A stretch of 62,617 nucleotides of DNA, filler included, from Choristocarpus tenellus KU-1152 (lineage: Eukaryota > Protista > Phaeophyceae), in NCBI GenBank assembly GCA_964200185.2. It is 13 parts of 13 records of this genome, joined end to end, with 100 filler letters (N's around TTAATTAATTAA, not from the genome) between each part and the next. Parts side by side here need not be neighbours in the genome. Positions count along the whole stretch, not along the records: positions 1 to 10,840 come from CAXNAD020002678.1; positions 10,941 to 14,525 come from CAXNAD020019105.1; 11 more parts are not named here. One strand, given 5' to 3'. The notes below the pieces were generated by a model, which ran no database searches, had not been told where the DNA came from, and saw only the letters and a program-made list of their open reading frames with translations. Below, one piece after another: positions 1 to 11,126 of this stretch. Each line of letters starts with the position of its first letter. Position 1 is the stretch's first letter. The translations under genes and the position numbers were made by a program.

Positions 1-84
1 GGGGGTCAGTGGCAAAAAATTGGGGGGAGGAAGAGAGTGGAAGATATCGATATAGTGGTGTGGAGAATGTGGGAAAAGACTGGA

Positions 85-660
85 TCATGTTGCTAGCCAT
101 TCCAGAATACTGAGGAGATAAGATAAGTGTGCAGTCTGAGTTGTCTTCTGATATTGAATCTGATCATGCAACAATACAGATTGCCTTGCACTCAACATGT
201 CTGGATTTTCGCCTTGGTCTTCTTGATCACTCTGAAGGCAGAATGTTTTTGATTGAACAAGTCGCAGAAGGGAATAGACTGGATCAGTTGCATCTTCCCT
301 CCGTCCTTGCCAGTCCTCTGGCTCCACTCCTATGTGCCCTTCCACCTCAACTCTTGGTCCTCCTTCATGTGACAAACTCGTGATGTCTTCAGACAATCTA
401 GGGTTCAGCTGCCGAGCTCCAGACTTGTCCGCTGCTGCAATGTATCCCTCACCAGATGCACAACTCTTGTTATCTAGATCATTCCACCCCGACCCAGATA
501 AAACTCCTTTCCTCTTTCCCTCATTTTCCTCCCATTTTCTGTCCAAGTCAATGTTACAGGCAACACCCTTGAGGATGGCACTGGCAGCATCTACCTGCTC
601 CACACGCTTTGCCAGTGCATTTACTTGTCTGCGAATTATTGGGAGGTTTGTAGTCACCAA
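85..660 (-). mobile_element. Possible decayed LTR-retrotransposon gag-like ORF
   Basis: 191-aa ORF with N-terminal coiled-coil (QVNALAKRVEQV), preceded by a TGG-starting PBS-like TGGTGACTAC at about 650-659 (-); no diagnostic motif. Confidence 0.25.
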
Positions 661-1477
661 TCAAAAGCAAAGGTTTGTGTTTTTCGATTTCTAGTCGCTA
701 ACACAAAGTTAGGGTTTGTGAATGTTTCATTGCAAGGTGGCAGACACGTGCTAGTGGTGTAATTCCCTGTCGACTAGAATTAGACTAGGGAAAGAACAAA
801 GGTTGGCACAAATGGGAAACACAAAACTGCAAAGTGATGCTTACATGACTCAGCTCATGGGATTACTCTCAGCTGCATACCAAGTTGCAACAACACACCA
901 AAACCCATCAATAGTCACCCCGGTACCTCAGTAGCACCATCTGCTGTCCCCTTATCTGGGCCTGCTTCTCAACACACTTGTTCTTGTCATTCTCAAGCAT
1001 CCACATCTTGCCCATATTGTAGCCTGAGTACTTTGTGAGGATAGACTAGGAACATGCCCCAAGGGTCGGTCCATCCAGTCAGGGGCAAGGGGGGTTGCAA
1101 AGGCAGTCAGTCACTAGCTGTAACTGCCGGAAAAAACAAAAACTGAATTGTGGAGTCACACTTGCAGCAGTGCACCTTTCCACCCTCCATTATTTTGAAT
1201 TGAGATCAGAAAATTCATCTTCAGCATTTTAGCAGACATTTGCGAGTACTCTGCAGTTGATTTGAAGGAGAGCAGTCAGCTCTTACCTTTATGCTGGTGA
1301 TGTATTGTTGAGTCTCCGCAAGCTGTTGTTTTGCCTTTTCAATGACTTTTTTCGCCTCCTGTTCCTTCTCAACTGAAGACTCCAGCAAAAGCCTCTGACA
1401 TTATAGAATTGGGTTTGGTTCGGGAAGTGAGAAGGCGGTACTTTTCACGTTGGAGGAGCCCTTGCTCTATTCCCAGT

Positions 1478-1737
1478 GAGTCAAAGCATTTAAGAGCATA
1501 GGGCCACGTCTGTTGGGGTCCAACATCCAATGTTGCGATTTGGGTGTAATTTTGGCTATCACGTTTGTTAGCAAGTGTCAATATCCTTGCTCCGGACACA
1601 CCATTGATAGTCGTATATAAATTTTACCTGCTCCGAGATGTTTCGAAAACCGAAAATGGGCATAAAAAAAAAATTAGAAGCCAATCCCCAAATGGACAAA
1701 CGGGGCGAAACTGCTATCCTATCAAATGCTTTGGGTC
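1478..1737 (+). mobile_element. MITE family A (about 260 bp), diverged copy
   Basis: Termini GAGTCAAAGCATT...AATGCTTTGGGT; internal homology to copies at 10060 and 36269; CAGT at 1474-1477 and 1737-1740 is a candidate TSD. Confidence 0.85.
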
Positions 1738-1779
1738 AGTATATTATAAAGAGTTTTTTTAGTAGAATCAATGACACTC

Positions 1780-2380
1780 TAACAGACGTACTCAATTGAA
1801 CCATGGACAGAGTCCACATTAAATAGGATGTGCATGATCTTATTCTGTATGCCGCAAAAAATATTCTAAATTATTAGTAGAGAGAGGGAAGCACAACCCA
1901 ATTCTCCAACCTCAAACACTGTAAATTATCATCACATCAGGCGAATTTTCATGGATTTGATGAGCTGCTGACCTTATTCTAGTCCTGAGAAATAATGGCA
2001 AATTCAGTCCACAAGGCAAGGAAAAAGATCGGCAATTCTGGGATACATGTCCTTCTAATTCACCATAGGAGAGTGGAAACATAACATCTACTTGGTGCTA
2101 TTAGCTTCACTCTATATTGCCAGCCGAAACTCCAAGAAGGTGGTGGACACAAAGTCAGAACTAAAGGTTATATTCTAAGGCAGTCAACAGCCTGCTTTGG
2201 ACTACAAGGCCAGCAGTACATCCCTAAAAAATATCCTTGAAATAAGGATCCCAAGAAGAAAAGGAGCCTTGGACTCCCGAATATTTTCAATAATAGCATG
2301 GCCTGAAACTAAAGATTACCCTGAGAAATATCCTCACAACCCTATGGCACCTTGGCATTGATGTCTCGCTGTATTAATGC
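1780..2380 (+). pseudogene. Crypton-like (NDC10_II-type tyrosine recombinase) relic
   Basis: Frameshifted segments LVLRNNGKFSPQGK / HHRRVET*HLLGAISFTLY / ALDYKASSTSLKNIL / YPEKYPHNPM resemble the CryptonF NGKTNQxG...RHxDVxxCPxGALA...LSY...LPxxxM motifs, in the right order; multiple stops. Confidence 0.4.
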
Positions 2381-3303
2381 TAAAGGAGTCTCCTCATCCT
2401 CCACTTTCACCATGTCTTTGCTCCTGCTTTTACTCGTCCCTTGTCTTGCACCATCAGATGACTTCTTTCCCTTAGAATTTTCCTGCATTTATCCATGACC
2501 CAATAGGCATTCAAAGTTAGATTCTACAACTCAACAACAATGCACTAGCACACACATTGCACCTCAATCAGAGCACCGCAGACTCTTTGCTGAACCTGAC
2601 CTAACCTACATTTTTTGTCACCCACCTCTTTTTCTACCTCCACCACAATACTAGAACCCACTGTCTCACATGCTGCCAGCTCGCTCTGCAGCACCTCAAT
2701 CTACCATAGCATCATCGAGTACAGAATGTTAAGTATTGGCGTGATAGTTGTACACAGAAAGTAGTAGGAAATCGAGTATTTAAGAATGTGAGACGTGGAA
2801 TGCAACTTTGGAGCCATGATGTCCTAAGCACCTGAGCTGTTGCAGCTTGCCTGCGCTTCCTAATGAGCATGATTTTTGCCTGCGCCTTGTTGATTGCACC
2901 TTGCCATTTCTCCATGTCTGCCTTGAAGCGATCCTCACTGCGTTTTGTCTGCACAGCTACATCGCGTACAGTACGGCCCACCTCCCCCTCTTGACAATAT
3001 ACCTAGGTCATCGGGACATCACAGCAGAGTCAGGAGAGCTGGAAATCATTAACATAGTATGTAGTACAATATGTTGGAGACGGAGATTCGGCAAAGACCT
3101 AACAAAAATATCCTTCACCAATACCGTCAGTTCTAAAACGAAGGGGAAAGGAAACCTTATAGGACAAATGGATGCAAATCGGCCCACCTATAGAAAATCC
3201 AATTCAATGTCACTATTCAGACATCGGCCCTATCCTCTACATCTTAGTAGCCGCAGTAGCAGCAGTAGTAGGTATAATCTTGGGTACCAAATTCTAATTT
3301 TAT

Positions 3304-3327
3304 TTAGGGTTAGGGTTAGGGTTAGGG
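3304..3327 (+). repeat. Interstitial (TTAGGG)4 telomere-like repeat
   Basis: Four perfect TTAGGG units. Confidence 0.9.
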
Positions 3328-4618
3328 GGAATTCTTTACTTGGCTGTCCAACTTTCAAAGGAAGAGAGATTATTCTACTGCGGCAACTCAGAAAATAAAA
3401 TGCTCACATTGTCAAGAGTATGGCTGATCGCAGCATATCTCTCCCAGGTGTCCTTGGCATGCAGCATCAGCTTTCCTCTTTTATAAAGAAGGGATATATA
3501 TATATAGAAAGGGTCTAAATTCATTGCATGCCATATTGTCGTTCGATTCCACCAAAACAGTGTAGAGGCATCCTTTCAGAGCGAAGTGAGGTTGAAACAG
3601 CTTTGGGAGTACAACCCTTTCATGTATAAATTCCTTCTGACTAACTTGATTTGGAGGGTGTCTAGGAGTGATGGAGATTGCTGCTAATATGGCAGTGGGT
3701 CAACTGAGAAGGATTGAAGTCAACTACCTTATAGACACTTGTTGATTTCGCGCCATCATGTCCAGATGACCTGATAAGTTATTGTGCTGTCCCACTTAGC
3801 GATACTATGGTGCAGGTTCTAAATTCTTACCTCACGATGGTCCTAGGAATATTATATTAATGCACTACAAGAAGATGTGTGCATCTGGCGATCAAAGAAC
3901 CATAATCAATAGTTAATCAAGATCAAAATGATTTGTGTAAGGGAAAAATCTTCAAGTAGAGTCCCACCAAGGGGTAGTGGTTGGACTTCAAACATCTCTA
4001 AACAAGTATCACCCCAAACTCCCACTTGGTGTTGAGGCAGTTGGTAGAGCATGAAATGCTCCAGACTATAGTACCTTTTTATGTCCAATTCCCGCCTCTG
4101 CTCCTCTAGAAGTCTTAGCACTCTCTCGCCACCGTTTTCCCACCACCCGTCTGGAATCCTTGCCCTCACACCACGGTTGTTCCTCCTAGCCTCCCCTACA
4201 GCTTGTTTACCCAAGTCCTCTTCTGCCAACCATGCCTTGAGAGTTGTTAGTGCTCGACTCAAGACCTATTGGAGGAATTGATTTGTGGATGGGTGTCAGC
4301 GTTGTCTGACTCTCATGATTATATACATTTTGTACAGCAGACCAGGGGGTTGTTTGGTGATATCACATGCATAAAACCATCGAATCTCTTGACAACTGTT
4401 CGAACCCATAGTACTAACATTGCCTATGATACTGATGTTCACTTATTTTATTATCGAATTGATTATCATATTGATTGTTGTCACTGTAAAGATAGTTCGC
4501 CCCCAGCACCAATGTTGCAGAGTGTGCGATATACTCACTGTAAACGGAAGTGGTAGGAAGTGGGATTGATCATATCTAGTTTCCACCCACAGATATGTCC
4601 ATCTTCCACTCACCCCAC

Positions 4619-5420
4619 CTGATAATCACTATTACATCGCAGCTTCAAACCAGCTCTGTGTGCTCTCTTGGATGACGCACGTGGTACGATGTCAATGACA
4701 AGCTTTAATTCCCCCCCATCAACCGTGTGACCTTGACTCAGCTGCAATAGAAAACTCTCTGGATTGACAGGTGTTCTTTTTGAACCATCTCCCAGTACCT
4801 GCGCCTGGAAAAATAAGTAAAATTTGTGTTCAATGTGAGGGTGTTTGTGCTTGTGTGTGTACATGATTATAGGGGGTAAAGATGAGGTGCGGGACTGGGG
4901 TTAAGGGATGGGGACCATGGGTGTGTGTAGAGATGGGTAGGAGGAATAGAGATGTGGTGTGGGATGCACCTTCTCCAACTTGAGTACAATACATATATAT
5001 ATACCACATGCTCCAAATGAGGCGGGAGAATCGATTCTAGGGGAAATATCCAAGCAGCACTGGGATTTTTCCTGCAACTGTATGTCATTGCACAGAGTAA
5101 GTGCAACTTGAAAGTGAGAAGGTTGGTTGACCTGATAATAATTGAACTTAAAATACCTTGGAAAAATCTAGTGATTCAGGCTATCCGTGTACTCAAAGTG
5201 GTATAGGAGTGTCATGTCAAGGGAAGACAACAATCCACCAGCTTCAACTCTCCAACCTCATAATCAAAATAAACCTGTATATCTCTTACCTTCTCTGCAT
5301 TGATCTCACGTTGCAGATTGGATTGCATCCCCCTCAGGAGGAGGCCTTCGTCCCTTGCATTCCGCTCGTCCGCCTCCAACCTCTTTGCTTGTATCAATGC
5401 CTCCAGATGGAGTCTTACTG
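4619..5420 (-). CDS. Candidate exons of an unknown gene (4619-4804 and about 5290-5420)
   Basis: Open frames with polypyrimidine-CAG acceptor at 4805-4806 and GT donors (AG|GTGGGG, AAG|GTAAGA); second exon coiled-coil-like (EALIQAKRLEADERNARDE); no homology recognised. Confidence 0.3.
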
Positions 5421-7699
5421 AGGCTACCTCAGCCAGCTCAGTGTTTGCCCTGTGATTTTGACCATGTCAGTGGAGTTGAGGGTGAGGTAGGGGTCGGGAT
5501 TGTGGTGAAAAGCACACACAAGACTGGAACTAAGAATACCCTGACATCAAAGGGGTCTAGGAATTGGATTTCCATAATTTAGGTGAAGTTGCTCTGGTTG
5601 TGAGGGGAGTACTGGTGGCACCAGTGTGGAAAATATTGTGCCCGTTTAACTGGATAGATATGGATAGAGTAGTGCTGTCACTTGTTTGAAATAGGCGGCA
5701 AAATGTGCAATACTCCTCTAAGACTACGCAGTTGTATGACATGTAGAAAAGTAAGAATAATGGCAGGCTACATTGGATTCCCCAGAAATATCTTCATAGT
5801 ATGCTTGACTTGGCGTCCACCTGAGAATGGAACAGGAGGATTAATGGTCAATATGTTTATTGCAGTGCAAGCAATCTGCACAGCACTGAGGCTGGTATGG
5901 GCGGACATTGGTTTGATGTTTGAGGAACAAAGTAGACAGCATTCTCCTGGGTGTAAAAATTCCTTAGGTCATGAACACATTTTGTTCAAGAAAGGAAGCT
6001 AAACTGTAGCCAGAGTTTCTTGAGGTTTTATACTCCAGGAATTCGCTGTACCAGATGCAACATGTCTACCCTGACGACTATTATTAACGCATCAGCAATA
6101 AGTGTTCTTGCACTCACAAGGTGAGCATTCCGAGATCCGGTGTCTCTCACCGTCTCTCTCCTGCAAGCGCCCCATCTCCAAAGCTATTGCCCAAATCCGC
6201 CTGCATGTTGTGTAACCGTGCCCTCCCTCCTATCCCAGCCCCTGCCTTGACCCCTGTCTCGACCACTGCTCCTACTGCAACAGCTGCAGATCTCATGGCC
6301 TTGTGGACCACACTTGGGATTGCCCCCCCTTCTTGAACAAGATTGAGATCTTTGCAGAGAGCAGTATACCACAATCCTGCCCTGGCACGGGTTGAAACAA
6401 GAACCTCACAAAGATCTTCCTTACTCTGACCCTTTCCTTTCCCTATTTCTTTCTGCCATATTCTGTTTTGCATACCACCATTAATGGTTGTCATGGTACG
6501 ATGTGGGGAGGGGAAATACTGGAGAGATGAACAACAGAGTCAAGCTTATTCTGAAGCAGGGTCTAACCTTCGCCCTGCAAACGAGGGTAACGTTAGTCAT
6601 ACCCCACAGTGTTGCGGCTCTAGAGTGATGCTTTTCAAAAGCATACAATGATTTTTTCTAGATTTAAATGATATCTCGCCAATTTGATAGGTCTTCTTGC
6701 CACTCAATTGTACTTCCTCAAAGCATCTTGACACTCTATCACTACTTAATGTCCAATGAATTCTGCCAAAGTGTAGCTGGGAGTTTGCATCCAATTGCTA
6801 GTTTCCCCTTGACAATTCTTCCAGTATAAAACTTTCCACCAGTTTTGGAAATTGTGACTGTCCCCTCACCCGTTGACCCTTGTAGTAGCCATTCCGTCGC
6901 CTCCCCTGCCTGCTGTGACTGACATGGTTCCACCAAATGAGCTGGTCTGGTCAAGGCTGATAAACAGTTTCTTCATCTCTGCAGCCGAACTGAGGGTGAC
7001 GTGAAGGGAATCATTCAGATAGAAATATAACAAGTGCTCAAGAATTCTTGCATATCAGAGTATAGAAATGTTTAGCACAATAAAATGTTGGGGTGTGGGA
7101 AAGACTATAACTGCTTACCACACAGTTCCCTCAAGCAATGAGACAAGGTTAAACGATATATGGATAGATTACTCCTGACGGTTGAGCTAGGGGCTAGGAA
7201 TAGCTGAGGATTGATTGGTTCTTAATTCTGGAGCTTCCTGTAAGTTGTTAGTCAAGGAGGAGTTACTGAGATATCATGTACTGAAGCAGGCCTCATAGTA
7301 GGATTGATAATCCAATGCTTTAAGTATGATTTCATGTCAACCTTCACCCATGGCTCCCAGCCCTATCCCTAACCCTTAGATCTGTACTCTGTACTCTGTA
7401 GCACATAAGACACCACATATATGGATGGACAAAGATAGAAACGAAGTTGATCCCAACATTATCACCTTACCTGTCTGAAATCAAGAAGTCTGGCAGGAGT
7501 TATGTAATTCGTTCTACTACATTATTTTTTTACTTCGAAGCAGTGTGTAAGGACAGAACTAAAATGTGTAGTGTTGAAGTAGGCTTGTGCCTTCATCTGA
7601 ACAAGCAACACAGCATAGAAGCATATTCTTTCTCAAGAGTACAATCAGATAAATTGGTTGTATCTACTACTGGTCGGTGTGTTGAATTATTGCTGAATG

Positions 7700-8350
7700 G
7701 CTTGCTAGATTGCTCTAGTGAGCTGATGGGGCATATGTGGTGTCCCTTGTCCTTTCATATTGGTGGGCTTTTGATCAGCACCAGCCTCCATATACTTGGA
7801 AAGATTGGATGAGATATATGGCAGTCTGATATGCTTGAGAATGAGCCGCTGGACAGGGTGTTTGTTCCTTTTGAGGAAAATATACTCATAGCCCCCAAGC
7901 TTTCTTTGGTCTCTAAATGCCAAAAGCTTGTTGAGGCTGTCAACCATGGCATCGCTTGCCTGAGTTTCATTCTGCAACTTTTTTTGAAGGGTGTAGAGGC
8001 CAACTCCAACTATCCATCATAGTCATGTTTATTGCAGACCACCGCCTTAACCTCTCTGAAAATGGAGAAATGTCTCATGTCAGTATGAGCCCTTCACCGA
8101 CACGTCTAGTTCCAAAATATCACTTACCACGAGTATTTCTTCATCATGCAATTTCATTTCCCCCCTCCCCGAAAGTATGGCATTGCACTCAGAGGAGCTT
8201 CCTACCCACAAGAATACTTGTAGCCGCTGTGCTTATTCCTAGCAAGTGGCCACTGCAGTGTGTATCAGTTCATGATTTGCACAGCACTCCAAAAGGCTTT
8301 TTGCGATATTTAAGATATGCACCATAGAGCTGGTGTTTGCAACCTCACAG
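7700..8350 (-). pseudogene. Possible hAT transposase relic
   Basis: Frameshifted DTHCSGHLL (CxxH motif), YFGTRRVG (TRW-like) and LASTPFKK/LQNETQAS (LxPFxxxxxxLQ-like), in hAT order; many stops. Confidence 0.35.
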
Positions 8351-10059
8351 GGCATCACTGAACGAAGAGAGAAACTACAACACCGTGCACCAAAATAGTC
8401 CCTTCCCTTACACCAAACCTGATCATTCCTGCTTCACTAGTAGTGCTGCTGCCCCCCCAACCACCCCCGCTGGCGGTATGCTCTTTCTCCACTAGACTCC
8501 TTGCAGCCTCCAGACGCTCAATGTGTATCCGTACCACCTCAAGTTCATGTTCTCCCAGCAACACCTTTCCATTGTCATTTCCTGCACTGGTAACAGGCTC
8601 CTGCTCAGACGCTGAATTAAGTCCCTGTTCTGTCCTAGACCCACCAGTCGTTTCTGGAACTGTCTGAGACCTTGGCTCGCCGTTCCCATGCGACAGACCT
8701 CCACCAGTCAGGTGAGAACCCGGTGATGTATGACCACGAGGGAGGGCACGAGGTGAATGGGAAGGGGGAGAGGGTGAAGCATCAGGAAAAGGTATCCTCT
8801 GTGTCCCCCTCCCTCCACCCTCTCCACCCCATGGAAGTGCCCCCTGAAATCTTGGGGTTTGTCCATTTTCTTCCAAAATTAAGTTGAGATCGTTGAGTTT
8901 ATTGGCAATGGCCATTCCTATAAGGTAGCGCCAGAGTCCAGGCCCACCCACGTTAGACCGCTGATGAGTTAACACCTTTGGGAGCATGATTTTTCGACGA
9001 GTTTGCAAACACATTGATTGTAGCGACTCCTTTCAGAAACAACAACGGAAAAGACAGTTGTTGCCAAACAGTTTGAGGTTACATAACAAATGATACAAGC
9101 AAGAGCCTCCCCACCCCCACTGCCGTGAAGCTCACCGTACTCGACCCTTGCCTCGTGCCATTGTCTAGCTCAAACCCTGTGAATTCACACCAAAGGAAAT
9201 CTACAATTTGTTCAGCCTCAAGCTTGACTCCTTTGTCTGAGTGCAACACAGCCTATACCACCATCCAAACCCTTCTGTCAACCCTTGCTGTAGATCGAAA
9301 CAGGAGAATGACTGCAACACCTCCTATCCACAATTGATAATGCCACTGTTGTATTTACGTTCCAATCCCTTTCCCAATCGCTATATCCACACCAATAAGC
9401 AGGGCAAAGGCAGTCATTTCAGACATTTTCGTGGAAAGATTTATAGTCTAGAGCCAGGATAGGAGCGGAAAACCCATGCCACCAATTCGTTCCAGAGCGC
9501 CCCACAATAGCAACCGGAAGTTTGTTAACGTCTCACCTGTATATATATATATATATATATATATATCACAAAGAATAAGCAACGGGGCTTGCACCACTAG
9601 CTTAATATAACCAACGCAACTAGTAGGGATACTTGCACAGTCCATCCCATGACACTACCACAACCAGAAATTTAGTCACCTCCTGCCCCAATCTGAGCTC
9701 GGACATGGTGAATTGTTGTCTTTCAAGTCGAAGTGCATGTTCTCCCAGTAATGCGGCCACCTGAGGGCTAAGTGACGACAGAATTGGCCTAGGTAAGGCC
9801 TGGCATGCTTCAATACATGTGTGCGCATGGAAATGGACTTGTATGAAATAACTGACTCGATTGATTCCCATATCGTTGGCAAGAAAAAGATTATAGAACA
9901 ATATGTCCCCAACCCAACCCCAGACCCTGGTTATGGTGCTAGTATTTCATCCTTGTCATCCCTAGAGAGATTTCAACACGATTCTCGAAAAATTGCGTCA
10001 CCACAGTATCGCGTTTGATTTTCTCCTGGAATAAAGTTCCTGATCCTTGGAACCCATTT

Positions 10060-10318
10060 GAGCCAAAGTACCTTAGGGGGTAGAGCCGTGTCCATTTGGG
10101 TTCCAAAATCCAATGTTGCGATTTTGGAGTAATTTTGGCTATCGTGTTTGTTAGGAAGTGTCAATGTCCTTGTTCCGTACACACCTTTTCATGACGTATA
10201 AATTTTACATACTCATAAAATATTTTGGAGTAGGAAAATATCTTAAAAACCTCGAGGGAAGCCAAGCCTCAAATGGACAAACAGGGCAAAACTCGTACCC
10301 TCTAACATACTTTCACTC
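10060..10318 (+). mobile_element. MITE family A, full-length copy
   Basis: Imperfect TIRs GAGCCAAAGTACCTTAGGGGGTA ... TACCCTCTAACATACTTTCACTC; collinear with the other copies. Confidence 0.9.
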
Positions 10319-10585
10319 TTTATCCGGTTATGTGACAATAACCACCCTGTACAACAACCTCATTGTTAACTCCGTGAAAACCTCAAGAATAGCACCAACC
10401 CGAGCCTAACAGCTCTTCCTAAGTTAAACCTTCATAAATGATAGAAGCCTTTTGGCCAGAAGTAAATCTGACAACCAATAAATAATACCTGCAGAGCACA
10501 AGATACAGTCACAAGGAAGCAGCTTCACCATTCAGTGGGATGTTCTAAACCCACCATCAATTGCAATCCCAAATCCAATACATAC

Positions 10586-10728
10586 CTGGTAGTGATATCA
10601 ATAGGGGTCTTTCCTCTTGCATCAACTGCTTCAACATCAGCCCCATAATGAAGCAAGAGCACAATGATGGGTATATAGTCAGCACACAGGTGTCCAGCAG
10701 CAGCGTGGAGAGGAGTGGTGCCATTGAT
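10586..10728 (-). CDS. Ankyrin-repeat protein exon (not in the ORF track)
   Basis: INGTTPLHAAAGHLCADYIPIIVLLLHYGADVEAVDARGKTPIDITT matches the ankyrin consensus (TPLHxAA...LLxxGADV...GxTP); ACAG acceptor and AG|GTATGT donor. Confidence 0.85.
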
Positions 10729-10766
10729 CTGTTGTCAAACATCACAGTGACCAGGAGAGGATGAAT

Positions 10767-10840
10767 GAGCCAAAGTATCTTAGAGGGTAGAGCTGCGTCC
10801 ATTTGGGGGCCAAAATCCAATGTTGTGATTTTGATGTAAT
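10767..10840 (+). mobile_element. MITE family A, 5' part cut by contig end
   Basis: GAGCCAAAGTATCTTAGAGGGTA terminus plus internal homology. Confidence 0.9.
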
Positions 10841-10940
10841 NNNNNNNNNNNNNNNNNNNNNNNNNNNNNNNNNNNNNNNNNNNNTTAATTAATTAANNNN
10901 NNNNNNNNNNNNNNNNNNNNNNNNNNNNNNNNNNNNNNNN
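10841..10940. other. Artificial contig linker (N44-TTAATTAATTAA-N44). Identical linkers at 14526-14625, 20170-20269, 23711-23810, 26940-27039, 32084-32183, 35297-35396, 38244-38343, 41233-41332, 45797-45896, 51820-51919, 55501-55600
   Basis: Identical 100-bp N-padded spacer with a six-frame stop cassette, repeated 12 times; adjacency across linkers is not biological evidence. Confidence 0.98.
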
Positions 10941-11126
10941 TTTTTGGTATTGTGTTTGTTAGGAAGTGTCCATATCCATGTTCTGGACACACCTTTTCAT
11001 TACGTATACAATTCACGTACTCCTATACATTTTGGAGTAGGAAAATGTCATAAAAAAACCCACGGGAAGCCAAACCCCAAATGGACAAACAGGGCAAAAC
11101 TCATACCCTCTAAGATACTTTCACTC
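10941..11126 (+). mobile_element. MITE family A, 3' part at contig start
   Basis: Ends TACCCTCTAAGATACTTTCACTC; homologous to about 10133-10318. Confidence 0.9.

Noticed and set aside
3304-3327. True telomere
   Set aside because: Only four units, internal to a contig
8355-9014. 219-aa ORF as a host gene
   Set aside because: No recognisable domain, alternative start codon, embedded among decayed TE fragments
10767-11126. Single MITE spanning the linker
   Set aside because: The halves are collinear but the flanks (GAAT vs TCAA) form no TSD, and the linker is artificial
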